Origin: Spirogloea muscicola
Taxonomy: Eukaryota
Reading direction: 5' to 3'
Length of the DNA stretch: 64,000 nucleotides
NCBI GenBank assembly: GCA_009602725.1
Contig: WELB01000020.1
Location: forward strand, 146,944 to 210,943
This document shows, in pieces, positions 22,725-38,454 of the stretch. The notes below the pieces were generated by a model. The model saw nothing but the letters and a program-made list of their open reading frames with translations, did not search any database and was not told the origin of the DNA. Position numbers and translations under genes: made by a program. Within the stretch, counting starts at the first letter, position 1; each line of letters starts with the position of its first letter.

Positions 22725-24895
22725 CAGGGGCCACTTCTTCTTGGGAGAAGAAGTGGCTCCCCTGATGGGGGCAAGGGCTGTGCATCGTCTCTGTGTTCTG
22801 CAGTGTTTTGTAGTATAGTCCTTTTTCCGGCTCCTCTTTCTTTGGCTTTGGACATTGTCCATTCTTTTTTGGGCTGGCTTTGCCAGCCCCTCTTCTATAT
22901 GGGCGCGCACTTCTTCTTGTGAGAAGCCAGCCCGAAAAATTTGACAAGGTTCGAAGGGGCCAGAGTCGCTAGCTCTGAACCAAGGAAGGATTAATCACTC
23001 AATAACAACAAGTGAGTAGTCTCGAATCCGACAGAACAGCTGGCGGAAGACAATCCCCCGGACGAAAGCCAGAGGCAGCAGCGAGAAGCACGGCCGGCAC
23101 GCAGGTGCAAAGTGTGGGCTCATGGACAGCTGGAGTAAAATGTATAGCTGCTTTGTTTCTTGTTGTGCTTGTTTTCTTAGCACTTCCCCTGGCCCCCTTC
23201 TCGTACTTTTTCCCTCTTTTTTGGGCTGGCTTTTCCAGCCCCTCAATGGGCGAGCCCTTTCTTTGGCTTTGGACATTGTCCATTCTTATTTGGGCTGGCT
23301 TTGCCAGCCCCTCTTCTCTATGGGCAGGGACACGGCTAGTAGTTGGGAGAGGCCAGCCCAGCGCTGAAACGCTGAAGCTAGTACACGTGGCATCCACAGG
23401 AGGGGCGGGGGTGCTGTGAATGGCCAGCCCAGCAAGACTGGACAAGACACACAAGTGCCGACAGGCGCCAAAACCACATAGCTTTGCCAGAGGCTACAGC
23501 GAATGGGAGCTGTGTAACCCCGAGTCAGCAGGCGCAAGTCGGAGTAAGTTGCAGCTGGGAAAGAGTCACCCCTACGAAACTTGGACGCAGCAGCCAACGC
23601 ACGGCCTGGGCAAGCTAGAATGAGGCAGAGAGCGGTACGTGGAGTATGTGGGCAAGCGAACCCGGCGGCATCTCATGTGGGCAGCTCACCTTGCTGTCTC
23701 TGACAAAGAGTGATGGCCCGGCGCAAGTTGCTGCGGGAGGTCCAGCCACCGGCCAAAGAAGAAAGCGCGGCCAGATTGACTGGTGGCTGTGAGAGGCCAG
23801 CCCAAAGGAATGGACAAAGTCTGAAGGAGCTGGATGGAGCAGAAAGCAAGATACTAAGTGCTAAGGCGGCAGCAAGGGGACTCTCAGTGATCTCTTGTCA
23901 GTAGATGCAAATCAGAATAGCTAGCAGGCGGATAGACGTCGCCCTGACGGAAGCTGGAGGCTGCAGCCAAAGCGCGGCCTGCGCGCAAGTGAACTGCGAA
24001 GGCAAGGGACCGCTGCAAAGAAATGGTCAAGCACATCCGGAAGACTTGAGCGAGGGACCCGGCGACATTGAAGCCAGGCTGCTCGCTCTGCTACCCATGG
24101 CGGCGGGCCACGGCACGCCGCGCAAGATGGTGAAGAAGGTCAAGCCATTTTGTCCCGAAAGCTCCGTGTACGTCGACGGCAAGTGGGACAAACTCGTCTC
24201 CCACTGGGTGGTCCGAGTATTTCCATTCCTTGACGCCCGCCGCTTGTCCAGCCACCGGCCAGAGGAGTAAGCTCTCCCAAAGACATTGCTCGCCAATAGA
24301 GAAGAGGGGCTGGGAAAGGCCAGCCCAAACAGAATGGACAAGATCCAAAGAGCCCGAAGGTGCCGGAAAGAAAAACTACACAGCTAGACACGAGGCAACG
24401 CAGATGGAAATGTTGTACCCACGAGTGAGCAGCAGCCAGTCCGAAGGTGGTGAGGGCTGTGAAAAGCCAGCCCAGAAAGGAGGGACAGGGTCCAAAGGCT
24501 CAGAAGGCGCTTGATCAGGAGGAGGCATTAGGTTAGCGTGCCCCTCCCCTTGCTATTATCCCTGGGAGATGCACGATGTGAGGATGTGCTTCCGGCCTTA
24601 TATGGGCTTGCCGGTAGCGAGCCATTGCCGCCTCTCAGCCTGTCTGCAGCAATCTCTGGCTCATGCTACTTCACCCGCGAGCAGGGGCGAGCTTCTAGTT
24701 GGTGGCGGAGGAAGACAACAGCTCTCTCCAATATAAGGCAGGGGCTGTGAAAGGCCAGTCCAAAAAGAATGAACAAGGTCCAAAGCGCAAAGGGCGCCAA
24801 AACCACACAGCTATGCAAGAGACTGCAGAGAATGGGAGCTTAACAACCCGGAGTCAGTAGCCGCGAGTCGGAGTGACTTGCAGCTGGAAAAGAGG
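22725..24895. mobile_element. Dense nested cluster of RLE non-LTR fragments between the divergent PAO and PDCD5 genes
   Basis: More than 10 hairpin/terminus motifs. About 23885-24265 (-) encodes AAGVKEWKYSDHPVGDEFVPLAVDVHGAFGTKWLDLLHHLARRAVARRHG*..GSLAQVFRMCLTISLQRSLAFAVHLRAGR..SDLHLLTRDH*. Confidence 0.88.
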
Positions 24896-25156
24896 CTTGC
24901 TATCTGCCAGCCGTCCGTTGAATGGGGCATTGATCGATGATCTCTACGTGCTGACCTGTGATCACTGAGCAGCAGGTGGCTTGGACCTGTTGACGTGCTT
25001 GCCATGGAAAGACCTGTTTCGTGTTTCCCTTTGTATTTGGCCGCTCAAACCTCTATTAGCAACAGCTCAACTTCAAGGCAGGCTGTGAAGAAGAGCCTAG
25101 AAAGAATGGACAGGGGTCCCCCTTTAGCCAGCTCGTTACCCAGTTAACAGGTCATT

Positions 25157-25329
25157 TGTAAGGCTAGAATTGGCCTCCCTTTCAATTTCATGCGCACCGC
25201 GCGCCTTCTCTCACATTGTCCATGAGCAGAAAGGGCGCCGAAGCCACACAGCTATGCACGGGACTACAGCGGAGGGAGGGAAGGCGCGCGGAGCGCATGA
25301 AATCAGAGGGAGGCCAATTCAAGCCGACA
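25157..25329. mobile_element. MITE-like foldback with ~50-bp imperfect TIRs, TGT..ACA ends and a 4-bp flanking repeat (Ginger-like)
   Basis: Left arm TGTAAGGCTAGAATTGGCCTCCC..ATGCGCACCGCGCGCCTTC; right arm GAAGGCGCGCGGAGCGCAT..GGGAGGCCAATTCAAGCCGACA. CATT at 25153-25156 and 25330-25333. Another arm copy lies at about 58626-58678. Confidence 0.6.
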
Positions 25330-25548
25330 CATTGGTCAGGGAAGGGGAGCTTGGTATCCCGGAGTTCAGCGGCACCAAGCTCCATAACGCGGTCCCCACT
25401 TCTCCACCTCGGAACCCGCAGCGGCAGAGCCCCCTGGCGAGTCCCCGCCCGACTCGGGCCCCGACCTCGGTGTTCCTTGCCCCCCCGCCACTGCTGCTCC
25501 TCTCGCCCCCGCCGCGTCTGCGCCTGCTCGACCCCCCCTGCCCTCTGC

Positions 25549-27396
25549 ATGGTGCCCCCCCGCCCCGCGATGCCTTGCCTCCGGCCCGCGCGACCGTCTG
25601 GCTGCGTGTCGCGTCGCGTTGCTCTCTCCCGCCAGCGCGCAGTGCCGCCGACAGCCCTTCGCCTACTTGCGACCGCTTCCCACTCATGTCCTCCGTCTCC
25701 TCCCCGGTACCCTCACCCAAGCCCTCCTGCTTCGCCGCCCCATCGGCTCTGCCCCAGGATGACCCGGAGCTTCAAGCGCTGCGCCAGAAGCGTATGCAGG
25801 AGCTGCTGGCCCAGCGAGGGGGCGGCAACGCCGTGGGCCAGGCACGACCTCTCACGCCACCCTCGACCTGCTCGCCAAGGACTGCTGCAGGCGGAGTCGC
25901 TCCTAGGCCGTACTTAGCAGTGATGCTGCCCAGCAATGACCAACCTCCGACAGCTCGCTCGCTGATATTGCCAGTCAAAGTCCCCATCCAACACTGTCAC
26001 CTGCTCCCGCCGTCTGACGCTTGCCTCTCATGGGCTTCTTGAGTGTTCAGGGGGGCCAGCCACAGTCTCGGGAGGATCAGCTAGCGCAGGAGGACCAGCG
26101 AAGGTTCAGGCTTTCACCCTCCACCTTGACTAGTAGCTGCAGTAGGCAGCCCGATGAACGAGGATCACTGGCATAGATTGTTCAGAGTGTCGGGACTCAC
26201 AGGTTCCTTGGGCCCAGACCTCTTAGGCCCTGCAGCTTAACGCCTCACCCCAGATGATAGTGTTGGAGTTACGGGGAGCAGCCACAGCAGCCACTGTTTG
26301 ATCAATCTGTGTCGGCACCTCATTCTTGCGAATGCGTTCAAGTGTTGTGCTGGTGCACCTGCAATAAGCTGACGTGTGTGGTGCTTGTCTGAAGGTCAGG
26401 GAGGCAGAGGAGCGAAGGGCGATGATGCTGGCTCGTGTCCTCTCCCCCGCTGCACGAGAACGTTGTGAGCAACTCAGTGCCCTGCTCGGTCCTCTTTTTC
26501 TCAGTCAGCCCTCAGGAGATTGTATTACCAGGTGTTTTGTGGGTTTTGGGTTTTCAAGGTTTTAGGCCTTTGCAGGGGTTTGCCTGACATTCCCTATAAT
26601 GGCATAGGGCCTAGCGCTTGGGATCAGGCTCAAAGCCAGCTGCCCAAGCGCTGAGACTAGACTATGGAGCTGGTTTAGCAAAGATGCAATGGATCAAGGC
26701 AGCAGTTGATGGATGGAGCAGCCGTACTTTATAATTCAGAGCATATGTGCAGGTGGCCAGAGGCATGGGGCGTGATGGACCCAAGCTTAGGGCTCGACCC
26801 TAGATGACATTGTACTATTGGAGCACTACTGGCACAATCTCCATAAGCTAGCTGTCTCCGCTGCAGGGGGCTCAGTGTCCTACCTGGTAGTGAGATGCAG
26901 TATTGGTACAGCTCTTGCTGATATGCTTCAGTGTTCTCTGTGCTTGTTTGTTTGTGCTAGTGGCACGAATTGCGTTGGTGAAGCCTGACAAGGCACGGGG
27001 AGTTGAGGACCTTATCCTGCGAAGTGCACAGATGGGTCAGATTGCTGAGAAGGTGACACCATGCAGGGACGCAGACCATGCGCTGGTCTGCAAGCCGCGG
27101 TTTTAGTGGTATTCCCATATGGAGTGAGCCTAGTTGGTCTGAGGCTTGCTCATTTCGATTGCGCATGAGTCCATGACCACATAGGTGAGTGAGGAGCGAC
27201 TGATCTCGCTCTTGGAGCAAATAAACGAGCAGACACAGCGCACCACCAAAGTGACGGTATGTTCTGCCCCATGTCACCCCATTGGCAGCATGTTTCAGCG
27301 TAGTCAGCTTTGCCAGTCATGCTAGTGCTGGATTTTGCCTCATCAATAACACATGCCTACTTGCAGATACAACGGCGTCGCTTTGATGATGATTGA
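25549..27396 (+). CDS. PDCD5: PDCD5-like double-stranded DNA-binding protein
   Basis: M|DDPELQALRQKRMQELLAQ..|..EAEERRAMMLARVLSPAARER|LARIALVKPDKARGVEDLILRSAQMGQIAEK|VSEERLISLLEQINEQTQRTTKVT|IQRRRFDDD*. Confidence 0.92.
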
Positions 27397-28430
27397 AAGC
27401 GCAAGGAGGCTTTGAACTGAGCAAAGGCAGATCATGGGGCCCATGGATGGCAGCCTAAAGATCTAGAGGCCTCTTGGGCGCTTGACCCTGGCGTTCACTG
27501 TGGCTAGAGACAGGCAGCCCCATTTGATCACAAGCGACGGCCGGGCGGTTCACATCTCTGTCTAGGTGGCTCTCTGACAGCTGGCCTGCTCAGGAAGTTC
27601 AAGCTTCACAACTGGGGGCTGGTGTATGTGCCAAGGGAGATGTTACTCTCTCACGGATGTAGCCAGTGGACTGGCCAATAGTTGGTCAAGGACGGGGGCC
27701 CTTGGAAGCCGGGTAGACCTTTCTGCAGCTGACCGTTTGAGCTCAGGGCAAAGCTGGCCTGTGGTCTGTGCGAGAGTGCTCAATGTGCACCTCGCAGATG
27801 CTAAGAGTGCGGTGCAGACGCCCCTAGCGTCCACACTGCTTGTGTCCTGGCAGGTGCATCAAGTGGCTGCATTCTGCAGTGAGGCCTGCGCTTGGTGCCT
27901 TTTGCCGGGCTCTTGGGCTCATGGACAAGCCTTAAACGGCGACCTAAACTGCCTGGCAGAGAGCACGGGTGTGAAGGCAGCAGAATGGTGCAGACAGAAG
28001 CGGGGGCACGTTCACTGAAGGAGTTGTGAAGGGATGTGAAGTGGCATGTCCTTCATCAGACCCGGGCTGGGGGGGGGAAGAGGGGAAGGGGTTTACCTAA
28101 AGAGCACGTGGAAGTGGGAGCAGCCTGACGAAGAAGGTGGACCTCCGCTGGCCATGATCAAGCAGCAGTTGTGAAGGCCAGCCAAGTGTGAGCGAGCGTC
28201 GGTGATCAGAAGGAGCTGGAGTCTCGGGCCAGGGACGGCCGCGCAGTAACCCCTTGTCAGCAAGAGCTTGGACGTTATGAGATGGGGGAGCAGAGCAATG
28301 GATGCGAGAGACGAGTGCTTGATCCCAATCGGCATTGGAGGCAACGTGAGAGCTTGACGGCCCGTGAAGGGCATCGGCAGCCGGGCCCGGGCCGCGGTGC
28401 GTAGAGTGAGCGCCAAGTGGCGGCGGCGGC

Positions 28431-30327
28431 ATGCCCGCGGCGGCACCGGGCCTGGCCCTGGGCGCCGGCGCCGCGCGCAGCCTGCTNGCCGCCCGCCCTC
28501 CACAGCCACCCGGCCCGCCCTCTGGCGGCGGCCGCCACCGCCGCGCACGCCTCCTCGCCCAAACCCAGCTCGCTCCAGATCCACCTGGTGAGCTATGCCA
28601 CTGCTGCTCACTCGCAAGGCGCTGGCTCTGCTGCCTGCTGGCGGGCCTGAAGCACGCTGCAATGCCAGCAAGTTCGCGCACCCGTGACCTCCCATTCACT
28701 TGCCCAAGACACCCACGAGTTGCCTCAGCAGTTCGATCGGCGTGCGCCGCTGCAGGTGCCGTGCCTGAGCGACAACTACGCCTACCTGCTGCACGACGAG
28801 GCGGCGGGGGTGACGGGCATCGTCGACCCCTCCGAGCCAGGGCCTGTGGAGCGCGCGCTGCAGCAGCGCGGCCTGCCGCTCCACTTCATCCTCAACACGC
28901 ACCACCACCACGACCACACCGGCGGCAACCTCCACCTCAAGCGTGCGCACGGCGCCCAGGTGGGAGGTGCCCCTCGTGTGCTTGCCTGGTCTCCTCGGCA
29001 GTCGACCAGCTCGCGACAACGATTCCTGGTCTCCTCCCTTGCCAGCTGCGGCGTGCAGTTGCTCGACGATGCAGGTTCGGCCTCATACTCTGCTCCTCTC
29101 AACCTTCATTCCCGTGGCGCCCTCTGGTGGTTGCCCTTAGGTGGTCGGTCCAGCCGCAGACCGGGGGAGGATACCCGGCATTGACATAGCTCTGGCCGAG
29201 GGCGATGCATGGCACTTCGGCAGCCACATGGTGCACGTTTTCGACACGCCGGGCCACACACGCGGTGGGCTGCTGCTGCCCCTGCCACGTTCTTGTTGCG
29301 CCACCATGCGGCAGCCAGTCTGACTGGGGATGGCAGTGGCTTGCGACCTGCTTCCATGCTCAGCCGAACCTGCAGGCACTCACTGCTCCACCTGGGTGCA
29401 GGGCACATAAGCTTCTACTTCCCAGATGACAAGGCGGTGTTCACGGGCGACACTCTTTTCTCCCTCGGCTGCGGCCGCCTGTTTGAAGGCACGCCACAGC
29501 AGGTTCGAATGAGGATTAGGCCATGCTCCGACAGCCCCTTGGACATCATGCGCAGCTCGCTCTGGGTCATTGACAAACTCAGTGATGGGGCCCTACCTTA
29601 CCTGCTGATGTCTTCTCGATTTGAGCAGTTGTGGTCATCGCTGTCGAAGCTGGCAGGCCTGCCAGATGACACACGCATCTTCTGTGGTCATGAGTATACC
29701 CAGGTCAGCCTTCCACTGCTTATGGGAACACAACTCCAAACAAGCAGACTGCTATCTCAAATGCTGCTACCGCATAGTCAATGCTGCTTGTCCCTATTGA
29801 GTGTTTTGCTGCCGGCCTGGACGATGCCCAATCAGATGCGACATGAAGATTGAAAAGAAGCATGATATTCGATCTTGGACGCTCACCTGCCCACTAGCAT
29901 GCACCCTGCTTCTGACTGCTTCTGAGCATCCGTCCTTACTGCTGCTAAGACAGTCGAATGCAAAATTTGCAATGGGATTGGAGCCTGGCAATGAGGACTT
30001 GGTTGCCAGAGTGGAACAAATCTATCATCTACGAAAGCAAGGCCTACCAACGGTACATCACACCTGGCCCACGCTTGAGCCTCTCCCACATCTTTCTTGA
30101 TGCAGCAAATGTTAATATCTGATTGATTATCATCAATACCAGCTGAACGGTCCAAGTGAGGCTCACTGTAAGCTGTGCAGATTCCAAGCACTATGGGAGA
30201 GGAGAAGGCAGTAAATCCATTCTTGAGGCCATTCAGTGCTGAAATCAAGCGAGCCCTCTCTCTTTCTCAGACAGCGAGCAACGTGGATGCTTTTGCAGCC
30301 GTGCGTCGAGCCAAAGATAGGGCGTAG
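28431..30327 (+). CDS. GLX2: Hydroxyacylglutathione hydrolase (glyoxalase II), organellar type
   Basis: [22 protein letters not shown]; metallo-beta-lactamase motif [71 protein letters not shown] frame change at the single N (28486) falls in the transit peptide. Confidence 0.93.
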
Positions 30328-30575
30328 ATCTGAGTGCTACTCGCTGACCTTTGCCATGAGACAGATAGACCCGGCCAAATTTGCTCGCTATAATCAAACG
30401 CATAGGCATTACTAGGCAAAGCACTTTGTGCTGCCCTGCCAAAGAATACATGATCAGCTAGATGTTGTCTGACTGAACGATGTGATGACTGGTTCGTTGA
30501 TGGACTTAATCTCGAGCAGTCAGGTCACTGTCCATCCAGAATGCTTGAGAGAACAACCTTCACTGCTTCTGCTGC

Positions 30576-34555
<3,980 letters not shown>

Positions 34556-34699
34556 GGTGCGGCCGCCGGGGTTTAAGGAACAGAGTGTGTATTGAGTAGT
34601 ACTGAGTGAGAATGCGGCTGCTGATAGTAACAGAGCGGCTTTGAGAGCCAGCCAGATGCATACAGGTGCTCTTGACGGAGCCACCAGGCTAGGCAGACA

Positions 34700-36570
34700 G
34701 GGCGACGTCTTTCCGCCTGCTGGCGATTCAGATTTGCATCTACTGACTAGAGGTTACTGAGAGTCCGCTTGCTGCTGTCTCAGTCCTTAGCACTCGAGAA
34801 GAAGGGCTCGCCCATTGAGGATAAGGGGCTGGAAAAAGCCAGCCCAGAAAAGAATGAACGAAGGACGAGAAGGGGCCAGGGAAAGTACAAAGGAGCACTG
34901 CGGCTCCTTGTCCATTATTTTTTGGGCTGGCTTTGCCAGCCCCTCTTCTCTATGGGAGCGCACTTCTCTCTTTCAGACCTTGTCCATTCCTTTGGGCTGG
35001 CCTCTCCCACAAGCAGCTGACATAAGGAAAGCATTAGCCCTTCTGCAAAGACTTATACATCGAAATCGCCAGCAACGTCCAGAGTCGCAGTCAAGAAGCT
35101 CAGCTGAGTTGCAACTGTGAGCTAGCTCGATGCCACTGACGTACACACAGCGGAGCCCGGGCTCGCGGGAGGGTGTGGAACAAGCGAGACGTGGCCAAGG
35201 AACATCAATTGAGCCTCTCAAAAACCTGCAGAGCGGCCATGGTCTTGTGAGGCGATGTAGTGAACCCTCGGCCCCCATGCCATAACTGGGTGCTGCATCT
35301 CCAACAGGAGGGCACTGACTTGCCCATCGGCCAGGATCACAGCATGCACCAGCAGACGTGTGCATCAACGGCCAAAGAAAATCCAGCTTTGAATGACTGA
35401 TTGCTCCGGAGGTTGTTGCGCACGACGGGGGCAGCAAGGAGGGCGCATCGCGTGTCCAGTAAATTAAGAGAGGTTCCCTTGGCAAGACTCTTGCAAAACT
35501 GTAGCCGAGGTGCGACAGGGTGTTCAGTGAAAGCGCCTCCGTGCTATTGAGTGTGGTCGTATGGTGAATCAGCGATGTGAACCAGCATAATCAATGGGTA
35601 ACCATCTGACTCAGCCGTGGGTACGCTCCTTGTGAGTGAGGGGTGGCCCGGCACATCGGGTTTAGCCCGCCTCCGAGGCGACCGCGCTGCTGCCCCGTGC
35701 GCCCTAGCTGTGGCTGCCTCTCACCTCAAATGTGGACGGAGCCCATGCTAGTCGGACCTGTTTGCTGCAGGCGAAGCCTGTGCTAGTCTGTTTATGCCGC
35801 AGTAGGCGATCTGAGTCAGTACCGCCAAGACGGGGGCGTTCTGCTGTTTCCGTGTAGAGGGGCGGCATACGCCCTAGCTGAGGATGTAACTGGAGAAGAC
35901 GGGTGGGGTGCATGTCGAACGCACCCAAGAGGTGCACCATCAAGAGTGGCCAGCTCTGAGACCTCAGCACACCGTACAAACTGCTACTGCTTTCACCACT
36001 GAAGGGATCAGAGACTGGCTTCAAAGTCACTGTGCGACTGTGCGACGCCTGCTCCGGCATCGAGGGCGCCCTGTGAGACGCTCAGCCGGCCAGCCGCCGA
36101 TCGATTACGGCGGGCGAGCCCTCGCTGAGCCCGCCGCCGCCGCCACCCCGGCCGACGAGGGCGTTCAACTGACGGGCGACGGCGGCGGCAGCGGCAACGG
36201 CGGCGGCGGCGTCGGCGGTGGCGATGGNCGGCGGCGGCGGCGGCGGCGGCGGCGCACTCCGAGTGGCTTGGTCAACGGAGCCTCTCCCAGCCACCAGCTA
36301 ATCTGGCCGCGCTTGCTCTTAATTAGGGATGGCTTCTCACAGCCCTTGGCCCCATTGGGAGAGCCACTTCTTCTTCGATGGAGGACCCGAGTGGCGTAGT
36401 GGCGTAGTACCAAGGTGTCAAGAGAGAAGTGCTCGCCCATAGAGAAGAAGAAGTGGCTCTCCCAAAGGGGGCACGGGCTGTGAGAAGCCAGCCCGAAAAG
36501 AATTGACAAGGAATTGACAAGGAGAAGAGAGGCCAGCCCAAAGAGAGGAGGGGCAGTGTCCAAAGCTGTG
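34700..36570. mobile_element. Nested RLE non-LTR 3' ends, with an unrelated 1.27-kb insert (35010-36279) flanked by a 10-bp direct repeat
   Basis: The host copy is split at its hairpin: GCCTCTCCCA occurs at 35000-35009 and 36280-36289. Rejoined, it matches the intact copy at 59160-59245 (-). Further termini lie at 34797-34970 and 36325-36565. Confidence 0.75.
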
Positions 36571-36788
36571 GAGTGGCCCCCAGCCAAGTGCACGGAGTCC
36601 GCCCGTCGGCACATGCATTCCCCCCGTCGCCCCTGGAGCCTGGTCCACGCCGTCCCCCGGCGCGTGCCGCCACAGCCGCCCGCCGCGCTCCGGCGCTCCG
36701 CGAGCCCCATCGCCGCCGGCACCAGCTCCTTCTCCTCGGTGGCGCCACGCGGGGGCGGCCCTGCGGTAGCCCCTCATGAGGCCTTCCC

Positions 36789-38289
36789 ATGGCCTGGCCT
36801 GCCGCTCCATCGCCACCCTCGGACCCTTGTGTGGCGACCGGCGCGGCAGCCCGCGCTCCCTTGGAGCCGGCCGAGCAGGTGGTAAGAGGAGCTAGCCTGC
36901 CCCTCCTTGCGAGAGCTTGGCGCCTGACTTGCATCACCATCAAGCCAGCGAGCTACCTTTCCTTTGGCGCAGGGTGTTTGACAAAGTTTGTAACCCCTTT
37001 GCCTCCTGCAGCCCTGCACCGATGGCCTGGAGGGAGCTGCAACACCAGTCGATGCAGCATGCGACAAAGTTGGCATCGCCTGTCAGCCACCCGACGGCAC
37101 AGCTGGCCTGCCCCTGCTCGACAGCCAGCGCAAGGGCCCCACTCTCACACGCTGGAAGCTGATGGGCGGCGGGCCTTCGATGACCTGGTCGTACAGCGAC
37201 GGTGCGCATCAGCTCCCAGATTTGGCAGAGCTCCTGGCGGTCTGATGATGGACTGCCAGCAGACCGCTGATGCGTCTCAATGTAGGCAACGTCTTTGCAC
37301 TCTCCGTGTTCTTAAACCCCCTCTGATGAGAATCAAGCAAACTGCTCTTGCTGCCTGCGGGCGGAGGCGCTGCAGAGCTGAGCTGCCCAGAGGATGTGGA
37401 AGAGGAGGCTGGCGACGCAGCGCAGGAGGTCGAGCTGGAGGCCAGGATCGTGCACTTGGTCGAGCGAGGGCTATGGGACGAGCTCCGGCCCAATACTGGC
37501 GAGACTGTCTGTATAGGTGAGCGGTCGTCTGCTTCTTACGCTAGGCAGATGCTTCACTGTGAAAGACAGCCGCACTTTGCCGTCAGCAGGATGGGCCAGT
37601 TATTTGAAATACCTATGGCCGTGGTCGTCCTCCAGTTCGGGCTGTGGGCTTGGAGCTTTCGTTGAGCTCAGATTGAGACTGTTGTAGGGGCTGTAGAGTG
37701 CTATTCTAAGCCCGCTACTGTGCCTCGTTGTTTCCTGCAGGTGACGCGGTCGTGTGCATCAGCTCTCAACTGCAGCCTGGATCAAGTGATCGACTTTGGG
37801 AGTGGCACGGCCACATCCTGGCACACCGCAATGGACGGGGTTACAGGACAGGTTTCTGCCTCCACACGCATGTAGGAAAGCCAAGGGCATGCAGCCGCAG
37901 GGTCCTCAGTGAGCTCAGTCAGCCGGCATACTGTAGCCTGCCTGGCGCAAGTTTGCATCTATATGCTGTTCTTGGAACAACAGGACTGAATGTCGTGCTT
38001 GTGTGAAGACTTGTAAGAGACCGGCTCACAAATGTCAGCTGGCTCCAGAGCACTTGCTCTGCAAAGTCAGCTACATCAAGGGTTCAAAGAATCTGACAAC
38101 AGGCACTGAAATGAGTGGGATGCAGAGTATGTTTGTGGAAATTACTACGAGGTGCACAACAGTGATAGGAGCAGGGCGAGATGTATAGAAGGTTCAGCCA
38201 CAGCAGTGGGGACGTCAGAAGTGTTGCGAGCTGTGGGAGCTGGGGTGGGCGCAGCCTCGTGCTGTGGCAGAAGCAGACCGCGGCTATGA
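36789..38289 (+). CDS. Conserved streptophyte protein of unknown function; start uncertain
   Basis: Spliced core GLWDELRPNTGETVCIG|DAVVC..DRLWEWHGHILAHRNGRGYRT|EYVCGNYYE with in-phase GT-AG introns. It resembles from memory a plant uncharacterised family with a WEWHGH..EYxxGNY motif. Confidence 0.6.
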
Positions 38290-38454
38290 GATGTGGCAGG
38301 GAAGCGGCATAGTGGGCAAGGGCTCCGCGGGGCCTGTGGGCTGTAGAGTGCCGGCGCTGACTGAGGTACAGCGGTCAGGCACTGCGGGCCCTGGCCTGGT
38401 GGTGGCCCACCCGGCGGAAAGGTCAGGTCAAGTGTTGCATCTGAGCCCTCCTTT

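Noticed and set aside
21348..22947. Long ORFs spanning N runs (also 46557-47797 and 54942-56408)
   Set aside because: These are artefacts of translating through assembly gaps.
28480..28492. Frameshift making GLX2 a pseudogene
   Set aside because: The frame change coincides with an ambiguous N in a GC-rich tract, and the catalytic exons are intact.
36470..36520. Hammerhead or HDV ribozyme in the repeat (CTGTGAG..GAAA on the opposite strand)
   Set aside because: There is no CUGANGA core, GAAA is not conserved across copies, and I could not fold an HDV double pseudoknot.
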